Positions 47,995 to 61,640 are shown, counted from the stretch's first letter. The stretch is DNA of 64,000 bases from Marsupella aquatica (GCA_973895155.1 OZ316899.1:13953934-14017933), one strand, 5' to 3'. Numbers and translations: made by a program. Notes: generated by a model from the sequence alone, not told the origin.

Positions 47995-50900
47995 CCCAAA
48001 CCACTACAGAACAAGTGGTTTGAGGGTTTGGGGCACCTGTCACTTGAAATACCACCGTGTTTTGAGTTGGGAAAATTATGTGTTTAAACTTGCAATCAAG
48101 TGCATTTGTAACTACCAGCCCAAACCACTTAACATAAGGTCCTTTCGGGCCCTCATCTTCTTGTGACTACAAATTGCACCCATATTTAAGTCATGCAACA
48201 CACATTGGTGCGACCACTTGCCATGAACTAGTGCTAAAAGGAGTGACTTGTGTGGACGCATCACATAAGCTCCATATTTGTAATTTCGTAGAGTCTTGGA
48301 GTGATTTGTGCGGAGTTCATGATGTTCCATCACTTGTGTGCCTCAAATCTCTTCACCTTGGCATTTTATGTGTCACACCCTCATTGTCTTTGCTATAACT
48401 AGTTGGCGCATGTGATGGGGGTGTTCCACGGCTTCACCATGGGGTGGCTAACATGGAGGAATTGTTATGGCGGTGGGCCCAACCCTCCTCCTTTAGTCGT
48501 GGCCATCCATGAATTGCCGCAAGGTGGATCCACTTCTCATTATCCATTGTAAGTTTGTCACTCCCAAAATCACTAAAAACTATGTTCTTCAAAGTCTTCA
48601 TTTCTAGCGACTACCACTATCACTCAAGCTAGGGTGGTACATCACACATCCCTCTAAACAACTTCTCATGAAGTGGTAGTTTGAGGGTGATTGTTGTTCC
48701 CAGATCACTACAAATGAGGTGGTTTTAGAGTTTAGGGCAAAAGCAACTTAAGATACCACCGTTATATGAGTTGAGAAGTAAATTGGGTGTGAACACTTGC
48801 AATGAAGTGATTTATTTTATATGTACCAACCCAAATCACTTGACATAAGGTCATTTCGGGCCCTCGCCTTTTGGTGACTACAAATTGCACCCATATTTGA
48901 GTCATGCAACACACTCTGGTGTGACCACTTGCTCTGAACTAGTGCTAAAAGGAGTGAATTATGTGGACGCATCACATAGGCTCCATATTTGTAATTCCAT
49001 AGAGTCTTGGAGTGATTTGTGTGGAGTTCATGATGTTCCATCACTTGTGTACCTTAAATCTCTTCACCTTGGCATTTTATGCGGCACAACCTCATTGTCG
49101 TTGCTATAACGAGTTGGCCCACGTAATGGGGGTGTTCCACGGCTTCACCATGGGGGGCTAACACGGAGGAATTGTTATTGTGGTGGGCGCAACCCTCCTT
49201 CTTTAGTCATGGCCCTCTGTGAATTGCCGCAAGGTGGATCCACTTCTCATTATCCATTGTAAGTTTGTCACTCCCAAAAATCACTAAAAACTATGTTCTT
49301 CAAAGCCCTCATTTCTAGCGACTAACACTATCACTCAAGCTGGAGTGGTACATCACGCATGGACCCTCTAAACAACTTCTCATGAAGTGGTAGTCCTAGG
49401 GTGATTGTTGTTCCCAAACCACTACAAATGAGGTGGTTTTAGAGTTTAGGGCAAATGCAACTTAAGATACCACTGTTATTTGAGTTGAGAAGTAAATTGG
49501 GTGTGAACACTTGCAATGAACTGTATTTATATATACCAACCCAAACCACTTGACATAAGGTCCTTTCTGGCCCTTGCCTTTTGGCGACTACAAATTGCAC
49601 CCATATTTGAGTCATGCAACACACTTTGGTGCGACCACTTGCCCTGAACTAGTGCTAAAAGGAGTGAATTGTGTGGACACATCACACAAGCTCCATATTT
49701 GTAATTCTGTAGAGTCTTGGAGTGATTTGTGTGGAGTTCATGATGTTCTATCACTTGTTTGCCTCAAATCTCTTCACCTTGGCATTTTTGGCGTCACAAC
49801 CTCATTGTCGTTGCTAGAACTAGTTAGCACACGTGATGGGGGTGTCCCACGGCTTCACCATGGGGGGGGGCTAACATGGAGAAATTGTGATGGTGGCGGG
49901 CCCAACCCTCCTCCTTTAATCGTGGCCCTCCGTGAATTGCCACAAGGTGGATCCACTTCTCATTATCCATTGTAAGTTTGTCACTCCCAAAAATCACTAG
50001 AAACTATGTTCTTCAAAGCCCTCATTTCTAGCGACTAACACTATCACTCAAGCTAGGGTGGTACATCACGCATCCCTCTAAACAACTTCTCATGAAGTGG
50101 TAGTCTAAGGGTGATTGTTGTTCCCAGACCACTACAAATGAGGTGGTTTTAGGTTTTAGGGCATATGCAACTTAAGATACCACCGTTATTTGAGTTGAGA
50201 AGTAAATTGAACACTTGAATGCAATGAAGTGCATTTATATGTACCGGCCCAATTGACTCAGGGAATGAAACTCCCTTCAAGCCCTCACCTTTTGGTGACT
50301 ACAAACTGCACTCGTATTTGAGTGATCAAATGCAAGATACATTGGTGCGATCACTTACCATAAACTAGTGCTAAAAGGAGTGAATTGTGTGGACGCATCA
50401 CACAAGCTCCATTTTTGTAATTCCGTAGAGTCTTGGAGTGATTTGTGTGGAGTTCATGATGTTCCATCACTTGTGTGCCTCAAATCTCTTCACCTTGGCA
50501 TTTTATGCGTCACAACCTCATTATCGTTGCTATAACTAGTTAGCACACATGATGGGGGTGTCCTATGGCTTCACCATGGGGGGCTAACATGGAGAAATTG
50601 TGATGGCAGCGGGCCCAGCCCTCCTCCTTTTATCATGGCCCTCTGAGACTCTCTGCAAGGTGGATCCACTTCCATTAGCCATTGTAAGTTTATCACTGCC
50701 CAAAAATCACTAAAAACTATGTTCTTCAAAGCCCTCATTTCTAGCAACTAACACTATCACTCAAGCTAAGGTGGTACATCATGCATCGCTCTAAACAACT
50801 TCTCATGAAGTGGTAGTCCTAGGGTGATTGTTGTTCCCAAACCACTACAAATGAGGTGGTTTTAGGGTTTAGGGCAAATGCAACTTAAGATACCACCGTT

Positions 50901-51730
50901 ATTTAAGTTGAGAAGTAAATTGGGTGTGAACACTTGAATGCAATGAAGTGCATTTATATGTACCGGCCCAATTGACTGGAATGAAACTCCCTTCAAGCCC
51001 TCACCTTTTGGTGACTACAAAATGCACTTGTATTTGAGTGATGCAAGATACATTGGTGCGACCACTTGCCATAAACTAGTGCTAAAAGGAGTGAATTGTG
51101 TGGATGCATCACATAAGCCTCATCTTTGTAATTCCATATATTCTTGGAGTGATTTGTGTGAAGTTCATGATGTTCTATCACTTGGGTGCCCCAAAGCTCT
51201 CCACCTTTGCATTTTATGTGTCACAAATCCATTGTTGTTGCATGAATGGTTGGCACAATAGATGGGGGTCTCCCATGACTTCACGATGGAGGGGCTAACA
51301 CGGAGGAGTTATTATGGCCACTGGCCCAACACTCTACCTTTTGTTGTGGCCCTCTGAGAATGTCGCAACAAACATCTACTTCTCATTGTACATTATAACT
51401 TTGTGACTCCCAAACGGCCACTCCAAACAATGTCCTTTAAACTCTTATTATGAGTGACTAAAACTACCACTTAACCTTGGGTGCTACATCAGAGAATCTT
51501 GTAAACAACTTCCAATGAAGTTGTGGTTCTTAGCTAACAATTGTGCCAAAACCACTTGGAATGAGGTGATTTTAAACCCCCAACCCTGCCCCCACCACAT
51601 GCAACTTGAAATACCACTATCTTTTGGGTTGGGAAGTAAGCTGTGTACGTGTACCACTTACAATAAAGTGCATTTTTATGCAGCGGCCCAAATGACTAAA
51701 AATGAGGTCCTTCCAAACCCTCATTTTTAT
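47995..51730 (+). repeat. Tandem array of ~710-bp units, about 5 copies
   Basis: Marker ATCAC..AAGCTCCATATTTGTAATT at ~48260, 48971, 49681, 50397 and 51108. Confidence 0.93.
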
Positions 51731-53974
51731 ACAACTGATATATGTGATATATGCAAATGATTCTCAGACAAGTCATTTAATTGTCAATGTCCTTGTTAGT
51801 TAAGCAGAGCACAATATGACTAAATAGGGCCTGTATTTCTGGTCATATCCACCAAATAAAGTACCGGTCATTAATTAAAGATGTATGGGAGTAGTCATTG
51901 CGGTTGGGATTGCGGTCTCATTGGAGATGGTGTTATCTACCCCCTAGCTAGAGTCTTTTACCAACTAAATATTCAAATGTGAATTCCTTAATTTAAATGC
52001 ACACATAAAAGGGAGAAGAGAGGGCATAAAATTTTCTGTCTTTTTCTCCAAACATTAAAAGAAAAATACATGATAGTTTGATTTTTTGCATATTTGACTT
52101 AGTTAATGGAAAACTCACTGAACTGTCAAAACTAAGGGTTTAACTTGAAGTAGTCAGGGTTGATTAAAATGTGGGAAAGGAGTTTAGAGTGTGACTTGGG
52201 GGGAATGACATCGCAATATTGCACTCTTGAGGGGTCCTCATGCTCTGGTGGCACAATGTTTTAACAAGTACCCCAAATCCAAAAATACTCTAATTTGCCC
52301 TAAATCCCGCCCCCCCTCCCCCCTCTTCCAAACGTTTGGCAAGGAATTGGCCATAATTCACATATCTAGTTCAAAACTTTCACCTTCAACTAGCTAATCC
52401 ACCTCATGGTACAAAATTATTACTCGCTTAGGACATTTTAGGGTTTAGTGTCACAAAGCTGCCAGTGCATTAACAGGTCATTTACATGCCACTTACATCT
52501 GTTTACACCTCTTTACAGGGTCCGAAATTAGACTTACACCCTGTCAAATTTCCTCACCTATTGTCTTTTCTAACTCAGCTTGAGTACCCAACCCTGGTCA
52601 TCCAAGTTTGACTTGGGTGTCGACAACAGGGTTCTAAAACGCGGCTTTACAAGCTATATTACACTCTAGTTGTTTCTTACAAGTCTGTAAACCCTACTCA
52701 CTTCCCTCCTTCCTAATTCAAACTCTAGCTCTCTCCACGTAGAAACGTTGCGCGCGCCCACACCACCGCCTTTTTTTCCTAAACTTTCTAGCCATGTGTT
52801 TGTTTCAACTCTATCCTGAACACTCTCCACAAATGTCGTGCTCATGCATCGCCTTGTGTTCTAAGCTTTCTAGCTATGGCTTCCAGCCCTTCAAAACTTA
52901 TAGAGCTCTTCTCTCGACTCAAGTACTCCAGATCAAATGTAATTAAGCTCTCTTTGGAATGTTTCCTGGATCTATTTGTTTCGTCAGTTGTTTCCTTGAA
53001 CAGTGTGTTGCCTTTCTGATTTCTTGAATTTGAATGGCAGATTTTGGAGGAGCCAACTCGCATGGTTTTGATTCTTTTATTAATCGGCTGCTCTTTCCCT
53101 CTTTAATTGAATCTTCAAAGAGAACCAAGCGTGCTGCTATCTATGCTCACCTTATTAAATATTTTTTCAGTTTTGACTTCTACATTGATATTGCCAAACG
53201 TTCGCTCGATCTTCTTCGAATGATTTTCCTCCCCAGTGACCACTTCGCCTCAGTCTTGCTTGTTGTGCTCTGCGCCCAAGCTCCGTTGATGTCATAATGA
53301 GCCAGTGAGTATCAATTTCTTTAATCCACATCTCTCTTGCTAAGTTTCTGCCTCCACGTACCCCGGCTCTTCTGCCCATTTTTCTGCTTCAATTCATTTC
53401 CCAAAAATTCCGCTTTGCCCTTGATTTCTCAAATGCTACTTGCATGGATTGACTGATTCCAATTAACCCCGTTGTTCCTTGCACTCCAGCTAAGTCTTGC
53501 TTTGTGAGTTCAATTTCCAAGATCCGTTGTTGTCTTCTTCTGGATTTTGCACTCCACTGGCCTACCTCTTGAAATGTATATGTGAATTTATTTCTACCAT
53601 CATGAACTGCCCCAATGGACCTTGATTGCATTTTTCACTTCTTGTCTATTGCGCTAATGCTGCCGTCTACTTCTGTGCCTACCAAAAACTCACATCCCCT
53701 GGATCAAAGTGCGTATTGGGCTGACGCGCGGTGCATGACTTGTTCTCATCGGAGCCAATTGCAGTAGTGATTATTGTATTCCTTTTGTTTGGATTCAAAC
53801 TGTCAAGAGGTCTGTATAGGTCAAAACATGGATTGACGTAGATTTTACAACACGCACCTTTTGCCATTTATTGCTTGCCTTTTACAATTTGCATGTTGTT
53901 ACATGATCGTGCTTTTTGTACACATACAAAACACTAATTCTACTTGACACAAGGATTTACGTTTTTCTTTTTAG

Positions 53975-56650
53975 GTGCAATCATTGGCGAATCGAGTCAT
54001 CTGAAAGATCAAATTCATTATTCCTCAAAGTACTTTATGGAGCTACTTCATACCAATTGGTGATCTCGTTAGCAGGTCCAGGTGGGAGTGGCAATGAGGA
54101 ACTTGCAAAAGAATTATTAAGTAGTTCAATATGCATATGACTTGCAAATCTAGGTAGGCACCTAAAGTTTTGATTCCTTTCATTGAACTTTTGATGATTA
54201 TTCTATGCATTATGCCGGCAGCCAATAGAAAAGGAGAATATATGCAGACATTGCTAGCTACAAACAAAAGCCTTTACAAACAAAAGCCTTTTGACCTGTT
54301 ACGTAGACTGAAGCATTTTCTCTGTCCTTCTGTGGCTTTTCTATTCAGGTGAAATCAAATTATATCTATGTCCTTGTCTTTTGTCTCAAGAGAGAAGCAA
54401 GTGGCCGGTACTAGACCTTAAAGCCAGCTTAGACAAACTAAGGGATGCCTACGTACGCCACTTCAGGTAATGCTTTCTGCTAGGTTTACCTCAATTTCCT
54501 TTCTTGCGTATGTTGTTCTGTGTAGATGTGCCATTGCTGGTCACTTAATCAGTTACATGGGAACTTTCTTGAATTATAATATCTGACCCTATTGATGGTG
54601 TAAACCTATTGTGTAACCAGTCTAATGCTTGTTGTCTCCACCTGGTTACTATCTCCCTCTCTCCTAAAGTGGACTAAAAAATGCTGCTTTCAAATCTACC
54701 GTGTTGTATTTAATTACTAAGACATACATCGTGCAATTATTTATGTGTGGAATTCATTTCCTGTAGTATTGGATGAGAGCTCAAATGTTTCTCTGTCCAA
54801 TTCATTTCCCGTAGTATCAAATAAGGGCTCAATTGTTTCTCTGTGCAATTCATTTCCGGTAGTATCAAATAAGAGCTCAATTGTTTCTCTGTGCAATTCC
54901 CTTTCTGTAGTATTTAATTAATAAGAGGTAATGTGTGTTTCAATTATAAGAAAACCTTCATTGAAGATTCAAAGTGTCTTGCACTCATGAAATGTCAGTC
55001 ATTGTGCTTTATTGATATAAATCACAGATGAAACGCACCTGAAAACACTAGAGCTACTTTCTTGGAGATTAGCCACGTTTATCTTCCTAATCCAATCAAG
55101 CTTGATTGGCCTTCATGGTATAAACATCTACAGAAGTATGGTCGATGGATGGCCCACATATGGTATGAAAATGTCATTCAGTTACAAGTATTCTTGTATT
55201 TGAAGCTGAGCTTAGCGCTGTTGACATAGATTCTCTGGGTTTTGAATTTTATCAATGGTCGATGCATCATAAGCAAGGGCTCTTGACTGACTATGACATC
55301 GATGAGCACTTTTTAGATTTTTGGGGTGTGGTAGGGTCTAAGTGAATGTCCTCCCTACATGGAATTTGAAATTTGCATATGATTGAAATGTGTATTGCAT
55401 ATCATATTGTTCTGCTCATTTGAAATTCTTACAAAAGAATGACATGGCCTCTGCAGACGAAGACAAAGAAAGACATAGAGAACAGTTGGGATCCCAACAG
55501 GCAACTTACTTACCCAAAGGGATATTGTCTGTTCACGATACCTTGTCTTACTGTACAGCTTGAGCAATAACATAATACTTTTTGTTGGCGTATTTTTATA
55601 GTTGAATTCAACAATGGCACAAAGGCCAACTACAACGGGTTCTTCAAGAGCACATTTGGGGATTTCATGGATCCAATGGCTTGTATTCACTTCAATACGG
55701 AGGTATACTAATAATTCTAATAAATCTTGCAACCAAAAGACTTCAGCAAGTGTTTGCATGTGCACGGACTGCAATGATTTCTATTCTGACAGATTTTGAT
55801 TCTTATGGTGGCTCATCTTTCCAGCTTTTAGTTCACATGCCCCTGAAACCTGTTGTATTTTTGGGTCTTTTTTTTCAGGGGGAGATTGATTTCAAAAGTC
55901 AGATTCTTTATATTCTAGGGATGGCTCCTTTCAATGTACCAATGATATTTTGAGTCAAAAGTTAAAAAACTTTACATCAAGAGTCTTCATCTCTGACAAG
56001 TGTGATGATTGGGGAACTGGTAAAGACAACTGCCCCTTACTTTATATTTTTCTTTCAGAGTTTCTGTCCTATGTCGCCTAGCTATGTTTTTTGGTTGTAC
56101 TCAGCATCTTTACAGGCAAACATTTTATGGAAGACCTATATCCTGTGGGCAGAGATACCATGAGGACATGTTCATATTACAGATCTATAACTCAGCCAAT
56201 GACTGCCTTGCATGCAAGCTGCATTTTCTCATACTAGACATTTGTACCGGTGATACTAGAAATTAATCAGCTTTGCCTACCTGGAACTAATTACTGAATT
56301 GTGCGTCCATGCAGTTCCCTGGATTTGTAAGGGTTTTGAAAGGAGTGGTTGATTCAAATCATCTTCCATTGAATGTCTCCAGGTAGTAACAATGTATTCA
56401 AATCGTCTCTTTCTGCCAATTTAGGGTTTGGGCCTCCAAAGTTGTTTTTGAATGTACATGCTTCTTGACTTTTCACATCATTCTAGCTTCTAAAGTGATA
56501 ACTGGTTTTCCACTCTTTCTTTCTATACTTGATAGAGATACCATTCTTGAGTCAGGATGTGGTTTGAATCTGGATAGGTACAATGATCTTCTTAAAGAAC
56601 TTTCTGGTCATCCAAACATGCTCGATCCAGGATACATGTCTCCAGGTAGT
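53975..56650 (+). pseudogene. Captured, decayed organellar (plastid-type) HSP90 exons
   Basis: Exons 55602-55702 (NYNGFFKSTFGDFMDPMACIHFNTE), 55879-56019 (GEIDFKS.ILYI.GMAPFN...RVFISD..GEL) and 56315-56382 (FPGFVRVLKGVVDSNHLPLNVSR), all GT-AG bounded. Upstream exons are only weakly recognisable. Confidence 0.85.
54751..54915 (+). repeat. 48-bp tandem repeat, about 3.5 copies (intronic)
   Basis: AATTC(A/C)TTT...GTAGTAT unit starts at 54751, 54799, 54847 and 54895. Confidence 0.88.
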
Positions 56651-57341
56651 CACAGTGTATTCCACATGGGGTGCACTAGATGCGGCTATTTACCCTGCCT
56701 ACTTTGTTTCATATGCTTAAATAATATATCATCTTTCCTGGGTCTGCTGGCATTAACTTACAATTCCCTGGCCCTTGGTAAAATTTACTTGCAGGAGGCA
56801 TGACACAGAGTTTATTTCAAATGTATAGTTCTAACAGAAAGTGGAATATAGAACATCTACCTACCATTGAAGCCAACTATCTCATGGTTTAGCTCTACAT
56901 GCAAACTAAACCATCAGTTATATATAGCATTGAGATTAGACGAAAAGGCATGGATGTGCCCAACTCTAGACTACACTTACTTATCATGTCCCCAAGCTGT
57001 CCAGGATCTGTAATATGAGCCATCTGATCCATGGTGACATTTAACTTGTGGTTTTTTTAGTGTCTTTGTGTTTTAGGCACACATTCTTGAAGGAGAGTTC
57101 ATAGTGATGATTTTCAATGCTTATGGTGAACAAATGTTCTAATTGCCATAGTATGACACAGAGTTAGTGTCTGGATGTACAACATGTGAGTTAATAAATT
57201 GTTTGCATTATTCCATGTGATATGATTGTATGTGTTGGCATTTCCTGTGGATCATTGTTCAGCATAATATTATACTCTTTGAATTCTTGTTCTCTTTGCT
57301 TAATAACAATACATCCTTTGCATATTTGGTATTACTTCAAA

Positions 57342-57520
57342 TCTAGTTGTGTCACCAGTTGTAAAGGTTGTCTGGATACAACTGGGGTTTCTAGTTGTGT
57401 AACCAATTGTAAAGGTTGTCTGGTTACAATCGGGTTTCTAGTTGTGTAACCAGTTGTAAAAGTTATCTGGTTATGACCAGGGTTACAACTTCAATTTTAG
57501 TTATATAACAAGTATTGAAA
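57342..57520 (+). repeat. ~48-bp subterminal tandem repeat (CTAGTTGTGTAACCAGTTGTAAAGG)
   Basis: Three to four copies near the right TIR of the inner CACTA. Confidence 0.85.
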
Positions 57521-58090
57521 GTGTATAACAATGCATCTTTATGACCCCAAATCTAGTCATATAACAAGTAATAAAGATTTGTCTACTTACTACTTTAACT
57601 TTAGTCATAAAAAAAGTTTTAAAGGTGTCAAAAGATATATGGTTGTCACTTCAATTCTAGTTGTTTTAAGGCATCATGTCACCCTCCAACTTTAAAGAAA
57701 CGTACAATGCCCATATCACATTCCAATGTTTCTGGAGAAGGGACATTGACCAGGTGTGACATTTGACACATGTCACCCTCCAATGTTTTTGGAGACTGCC
57801 ACATGTCTAGTGATCATTTGTCATAAAAGTCATGATAGTAGTTGTTTTGGATGAAACCTAAAGAACTGTTTTTTTCTAGTTGTTTAAGACCGTCGGGTTT
57901 GAAAACAACGGTGACATAAACAACTCAATATTTTTTAGTACTTGTTGTAAATAACTCTATGCTCAATATCATTGGTTGTCTAAAGCGACTGACATTAGTG
58001 CACTCAAACCGTTGAGTTGTAAATTGTCCGTTAGTACTCTAAAACAAGTTAATGAGGTAGTGATAAAACACCAATTTCCTTCTAGTGTAT

Positions 58091-59812
58091 AGTCATCCCT
58101 CAGTGCTCCCCACTGCCTGATTTCCTCTTTGGTCACTCGTGCCGGGGGTCCACATTGCTCAATCTCATTGCCAAAGTGTGCAATCAGTGCCTGTCTTTCT
58201 CTGTAAGGGTGATCTGCCTTCAAAAAAGACGATGGCCCATGTATATCACTTTCTGCAAGGCTCTGGAGTGCTCACTGGTGACATTGCGCCCACAGATAGT
58301 ACAAGCACAATATCCTTTTGTTGTTTGGCCTGATATCATCCCATGGGCTGGGTAGTCAGCTATAGTCAGAATGACGATGGCTCTAAGGATGAATGGGTTT
58401 AACCTCCCAAGCCTCTGTAGGAAATCATATGTGAGGACTCCTTCCTCCCAAAGCTTTCTCAATTCCTCCACTAGGGGAGCCAGAAACACATCTATGTTGG
58501 CAGATACAGCACTGTCTGGCCCTGGTATCAGTAGGACCATTAGAACAAAAAATCGCTTTGTAGTCATCCAAGGAGGAAGGTTATAATTCAAAATAGTTAC
58601 AGGCCAACACGAAAATTTGTTGTTCTTGTCTCCAAATGGGTTTACCCCATCCAATGACAGCCCAAGTCTGACATTCCTTGGCTCAGCAGCAAATTTGGGA
58701 TACATCTCATCTATGAGTTTCCATTGCCTTGAATCTGTAGCATGTCGTTGTAGCCCATCATCACTTTTCTTGTCAGTTGCCCAAGTCATCATCTCCGAGA
58801 TGGCATGGCTTCTGAACATCCGCTGAAGTCTGGGAATGAGTGGAAAATGACGAAGTACCTTGGCGGGAACCATAGACTTTCCTGAGTTCCGATACCTGTG
58901 CTTCCCACACTTAGGGCATGTCAACGATTCTTTATACTCTTTTCTGAAAAGAACGTGCCCATTAGGACAGGCATGGATGGAATCATAGTTCAATCCAAGA
59001 TTAGATATGCATCTTTTTGCCTTGTACATGTTCTTGGGCAAAATATTACCATCTGGTAGCACAGTTGTTCGCAAGAATGCCAACAACTCAGAAACCAAAA
59101 CGTTGGGGACATTGTGGTTGCCGCAAATGTCCAGGAACATGATGACAAATCCTAGTTTAGAACATTTGCTACCGGGGTACAAAGACTTTCTGCCTTCTTG
59201 TATTTGCAGGGGAGAGCCAAACATCCCATCATGCCCGGGGGTTTCCTGCCCTATCTCAAACTCATCAAGAGGCTCTTCGACAGGGGGCACACTTGCATCT
59301 GCAGCCGTATCCTCTTTGTTGTCCAGCCCATCGTGAAATGCATCCAAGTCTTGGAAGATGTCTCTCACCATCTCTTCCACATGAATTCCTTCGTCATGTG
59401 GTGCTGCCTGAGCACCATCCCGTTGGAGAGCTGACAACCCACAGAGACCAGCTACAACATTTTCAAATGCACCAGGCAGAACCTCACTTGCCCGTCTTGC
59501 AGCATTGGTAGCATCAAATTCTAACCTCCACTCCTCGTCGGAAGAATCTTCCTCTGTAGGATCATTCCAAACTCGATGTCATGGATCTCTTCCATGAACC
59601 GCGATATGCCGCCAAACCTCATTTAAACCCCTGGTATGGGATCCTTGGCAGATTGCACAAGGGCATCTCATCCTACTGGCTCCTGAAAGTCTGGTTCGTA
59701 ACCTTTCACGCTGCCAAAGCTTATTATCATGGCGTGATATCCTTGTGGGATGATGCAAAGGCAGTGCCTGTGCCCTGGGCTGGGTCTGGGGAGGGTGGTG
59801 ACCAGGGTGCAT
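58091..59812 (-). pseudogene. CACTA TnpD 5' part (transposase-associated Zn domain + Transposase_21)
   Basis: RCPCAIC...VWRHIAVHG; IHACPNGHVLF...CPKCG; LRHFPLIPRLQRMF; RNVRLGLSLDGVNPF; YNLPPW; TIADYPA; GYCACTIC. Confidence 0.93.
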
Positions 59813-60851
59813 TGTAACAGGCTGGGAGCTCTGCAGTCATGGACAGCAGTGAACAAGGATGCCTAATGGTGGTATTTGTGTTCCATATATCCCTGACTGT
59901 ACCTGCCAAAAGAGTTAACATAACGTGTACTAAATTCTCACAAACCCTAAACCACCCCAAAAGAAAAAAACAGGTTCGCGAGTAGTGTACCTATTGTCAA
60001 GTGAATGACACAAAATTCCTAAATGTTGGAGGGTGTCACCACCTCCTCCGCTGTCCTCAAATGTACCACCTCTGCATGTACACCCATGACCATATCAGAG
60101 TCCAATCATGTATAGTCACAGGCACAGGTGTGAGAGCGGTATCACATATCTCACCTTATTACCAGGTGAGATATGAGTACCAACCCTGTTCTCGATGCCA
60201 CTCAGACCTCAGGTACTCAGGCATGTACATTAAATCTATATTTGCAGATATCTTGTGCACAGGATACCACAAGAACCCTCGGCCAGATATGTGAAGGAAC
60301 TATATCATCTGCCAAATCAGGCAACAAGGAACCACCTACAACATCGGGCTTGTCTAACTCATCTGCTGAAAAGTAGATGTCCACTTTGGACTGTGCATCC
60401 TCATTCACGATAGATTCAGCATCTCTTGCATCCTCAGGCGGTGCCAAGAAATGTTTTAGCACCAACCTATGCAGGAGAGTCCTAACTGTGGCCAGCCATA
60501 TGGCAACCCGGAGGAGGAGCCATAATAGTGCCTGTTGATCTAGGAAAGGCAACATACCCACCAAAGTCTGCCGCCGAGATTTGAGCCCACCCAGTACGTT
60601 TACAGTGACAACCCCAGGCAGCAGGAAACAACAATCCGCCAACAGTAAAATAAGCTCAACTGCCACCAACCATAACAAGGTACATTAGTTCAAAGATCAC
60701 ATTTATTTCAATGATCTGATTTATACAAAAAAACTTGTGTCCAAACTGATGCTACTACTCCTCACTCTGATTCAAAATCGCTAATGACCCATTCCTCACT
60801 TGTTGTCTCATAGTCCTCTCTGTAAGGATCCTGACCCTTCCGTGGCCAGGC

Positions 60852-61640
60852 CTAAAAAAGATCATAGTCCATTGGGTTTTGACGCTTCCCAGCTGCTACT
60901 GATTCCACAAGCCAAGCATATGAAACTACAAACACATTATGGGACATGACATAAAAGCGAATGTCTCCCTTCCCAAACTTGCGGCAGGCTTTGGGATATG
61001 ACTTAGTAATGACATGAGTGGTGTCCTCTGTTATATTCTCCTCCACTGTCCCACCTAGGTCAAGCACTGTGGACTTGTACACTTTGCACTTAACCTCTCC
61101 AATTCCCGCCTCCACAAATACCATGCTCAGCCCTTTCAGAATGGGGGTTGGTTGCTTCGTCTCCTCAACCAACATACTCTTCAGCCTTGTAGAGCTCTGT
61201 CCTTTGTTGAGTACAGGTCCATGTTGGAGATCAGCAAGCCGTGCCTTTGCTTCCCAGACTTCTTGTTCAGCCCAAGCTGATGCAATAGCTTCTTCATCCT
61301 CCCACAACTCATATTGCTCAGTATCCTGTACAATCTTATGTGCTATGGAATCTGTGATCCAAGAGGCCTCAACTACTTTTAGGCCTTGCTTAGTAATTGC
61401 AGAATTCATGTAGGACCATGACCACTTGTTTATCACTAATAGCCATGTCCCTACAACAACATGTGTAGTCTTTGGAGTGATGTCCTGAACTACAGTGCCA
61501 TGGAGCTCAGAGAATCGTTTCTGTACAATTGGCCAATGCACTTTGGTCAACCCATGTTGGCCATGAACCAAAATCGCTCTGACCCCTGTAAACACTGCTG
61601 GGTGGTCACACTTTCTACGTTTCCCAGGCTCCATGTACAC
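60852..61640 (-). CDS. Tandem BRCT-domain protein (DNA polymerase lambda-like BRCTs)
   Basis: Two repeats: VFTGV...HGTVVQDITPKTTHVVV...VVEASWITDS...EQYEL and ILKGL..VEAG...LGGTVEENITEDTTHVI...VVSYAWLVESV...MDYDL. Confidence 0.85.
   Translation of the reverse strand: MYMEPGKRRKCDHPAVFTGVRAILVHGQHGLTKVHWPIVQKRFSELHGTVVQDITPKTTHVVVGTWLLVINKWSWSYMNSAITKQGLKVVEASWITDSIAHKIVQDTEQYELWEDEEAIASAWAEQEVWEAKARLADLQHGPVLNKGQSSTRLKSMLVEETKQPTPILKGLSMVFVEAGIGEVKCKVYKSTVLDLGGTVEENITEDTTHVITKSYPKACRKFGKGDIRFYVMSHNVFVVSYAWLVESVAAGKRQNPMDYDLF

Larger units (their letters stand above)
46971..58087. mobile_element. Non-autonomous CACTA (11.1 kb, Pack-type) inserted in the outer TnpD gene
   Basis: TIRs CACTAGAAGAAAACTTGTGTTTTA / CACTAGAAGGAAATTGGTGTTTTA; TSD TAT. 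Excision restores LRDDY|IKRGGRED. Confidence 0.95.

Noticed and set aside
48112-51298. Repeated small ORFs (MEHHELHTNHSK..., HPYLSHATH...)
   Set aside because: By-products of the 710-bp tandem unit, with variable stops and no recognisable domain.
52842-53867. Short minus-strand ORFs inside the inner CACTA
   Set aside because: Fragmented with no recognisable motif; they may be decayed cargo but cannot be assigned.
60001-60678. ORF 60217-60678 between TnpD and the BRCT ORF
   Set aside because: Possibly an exon of an accessory gene, but no domain or reliable gene model could be supported.
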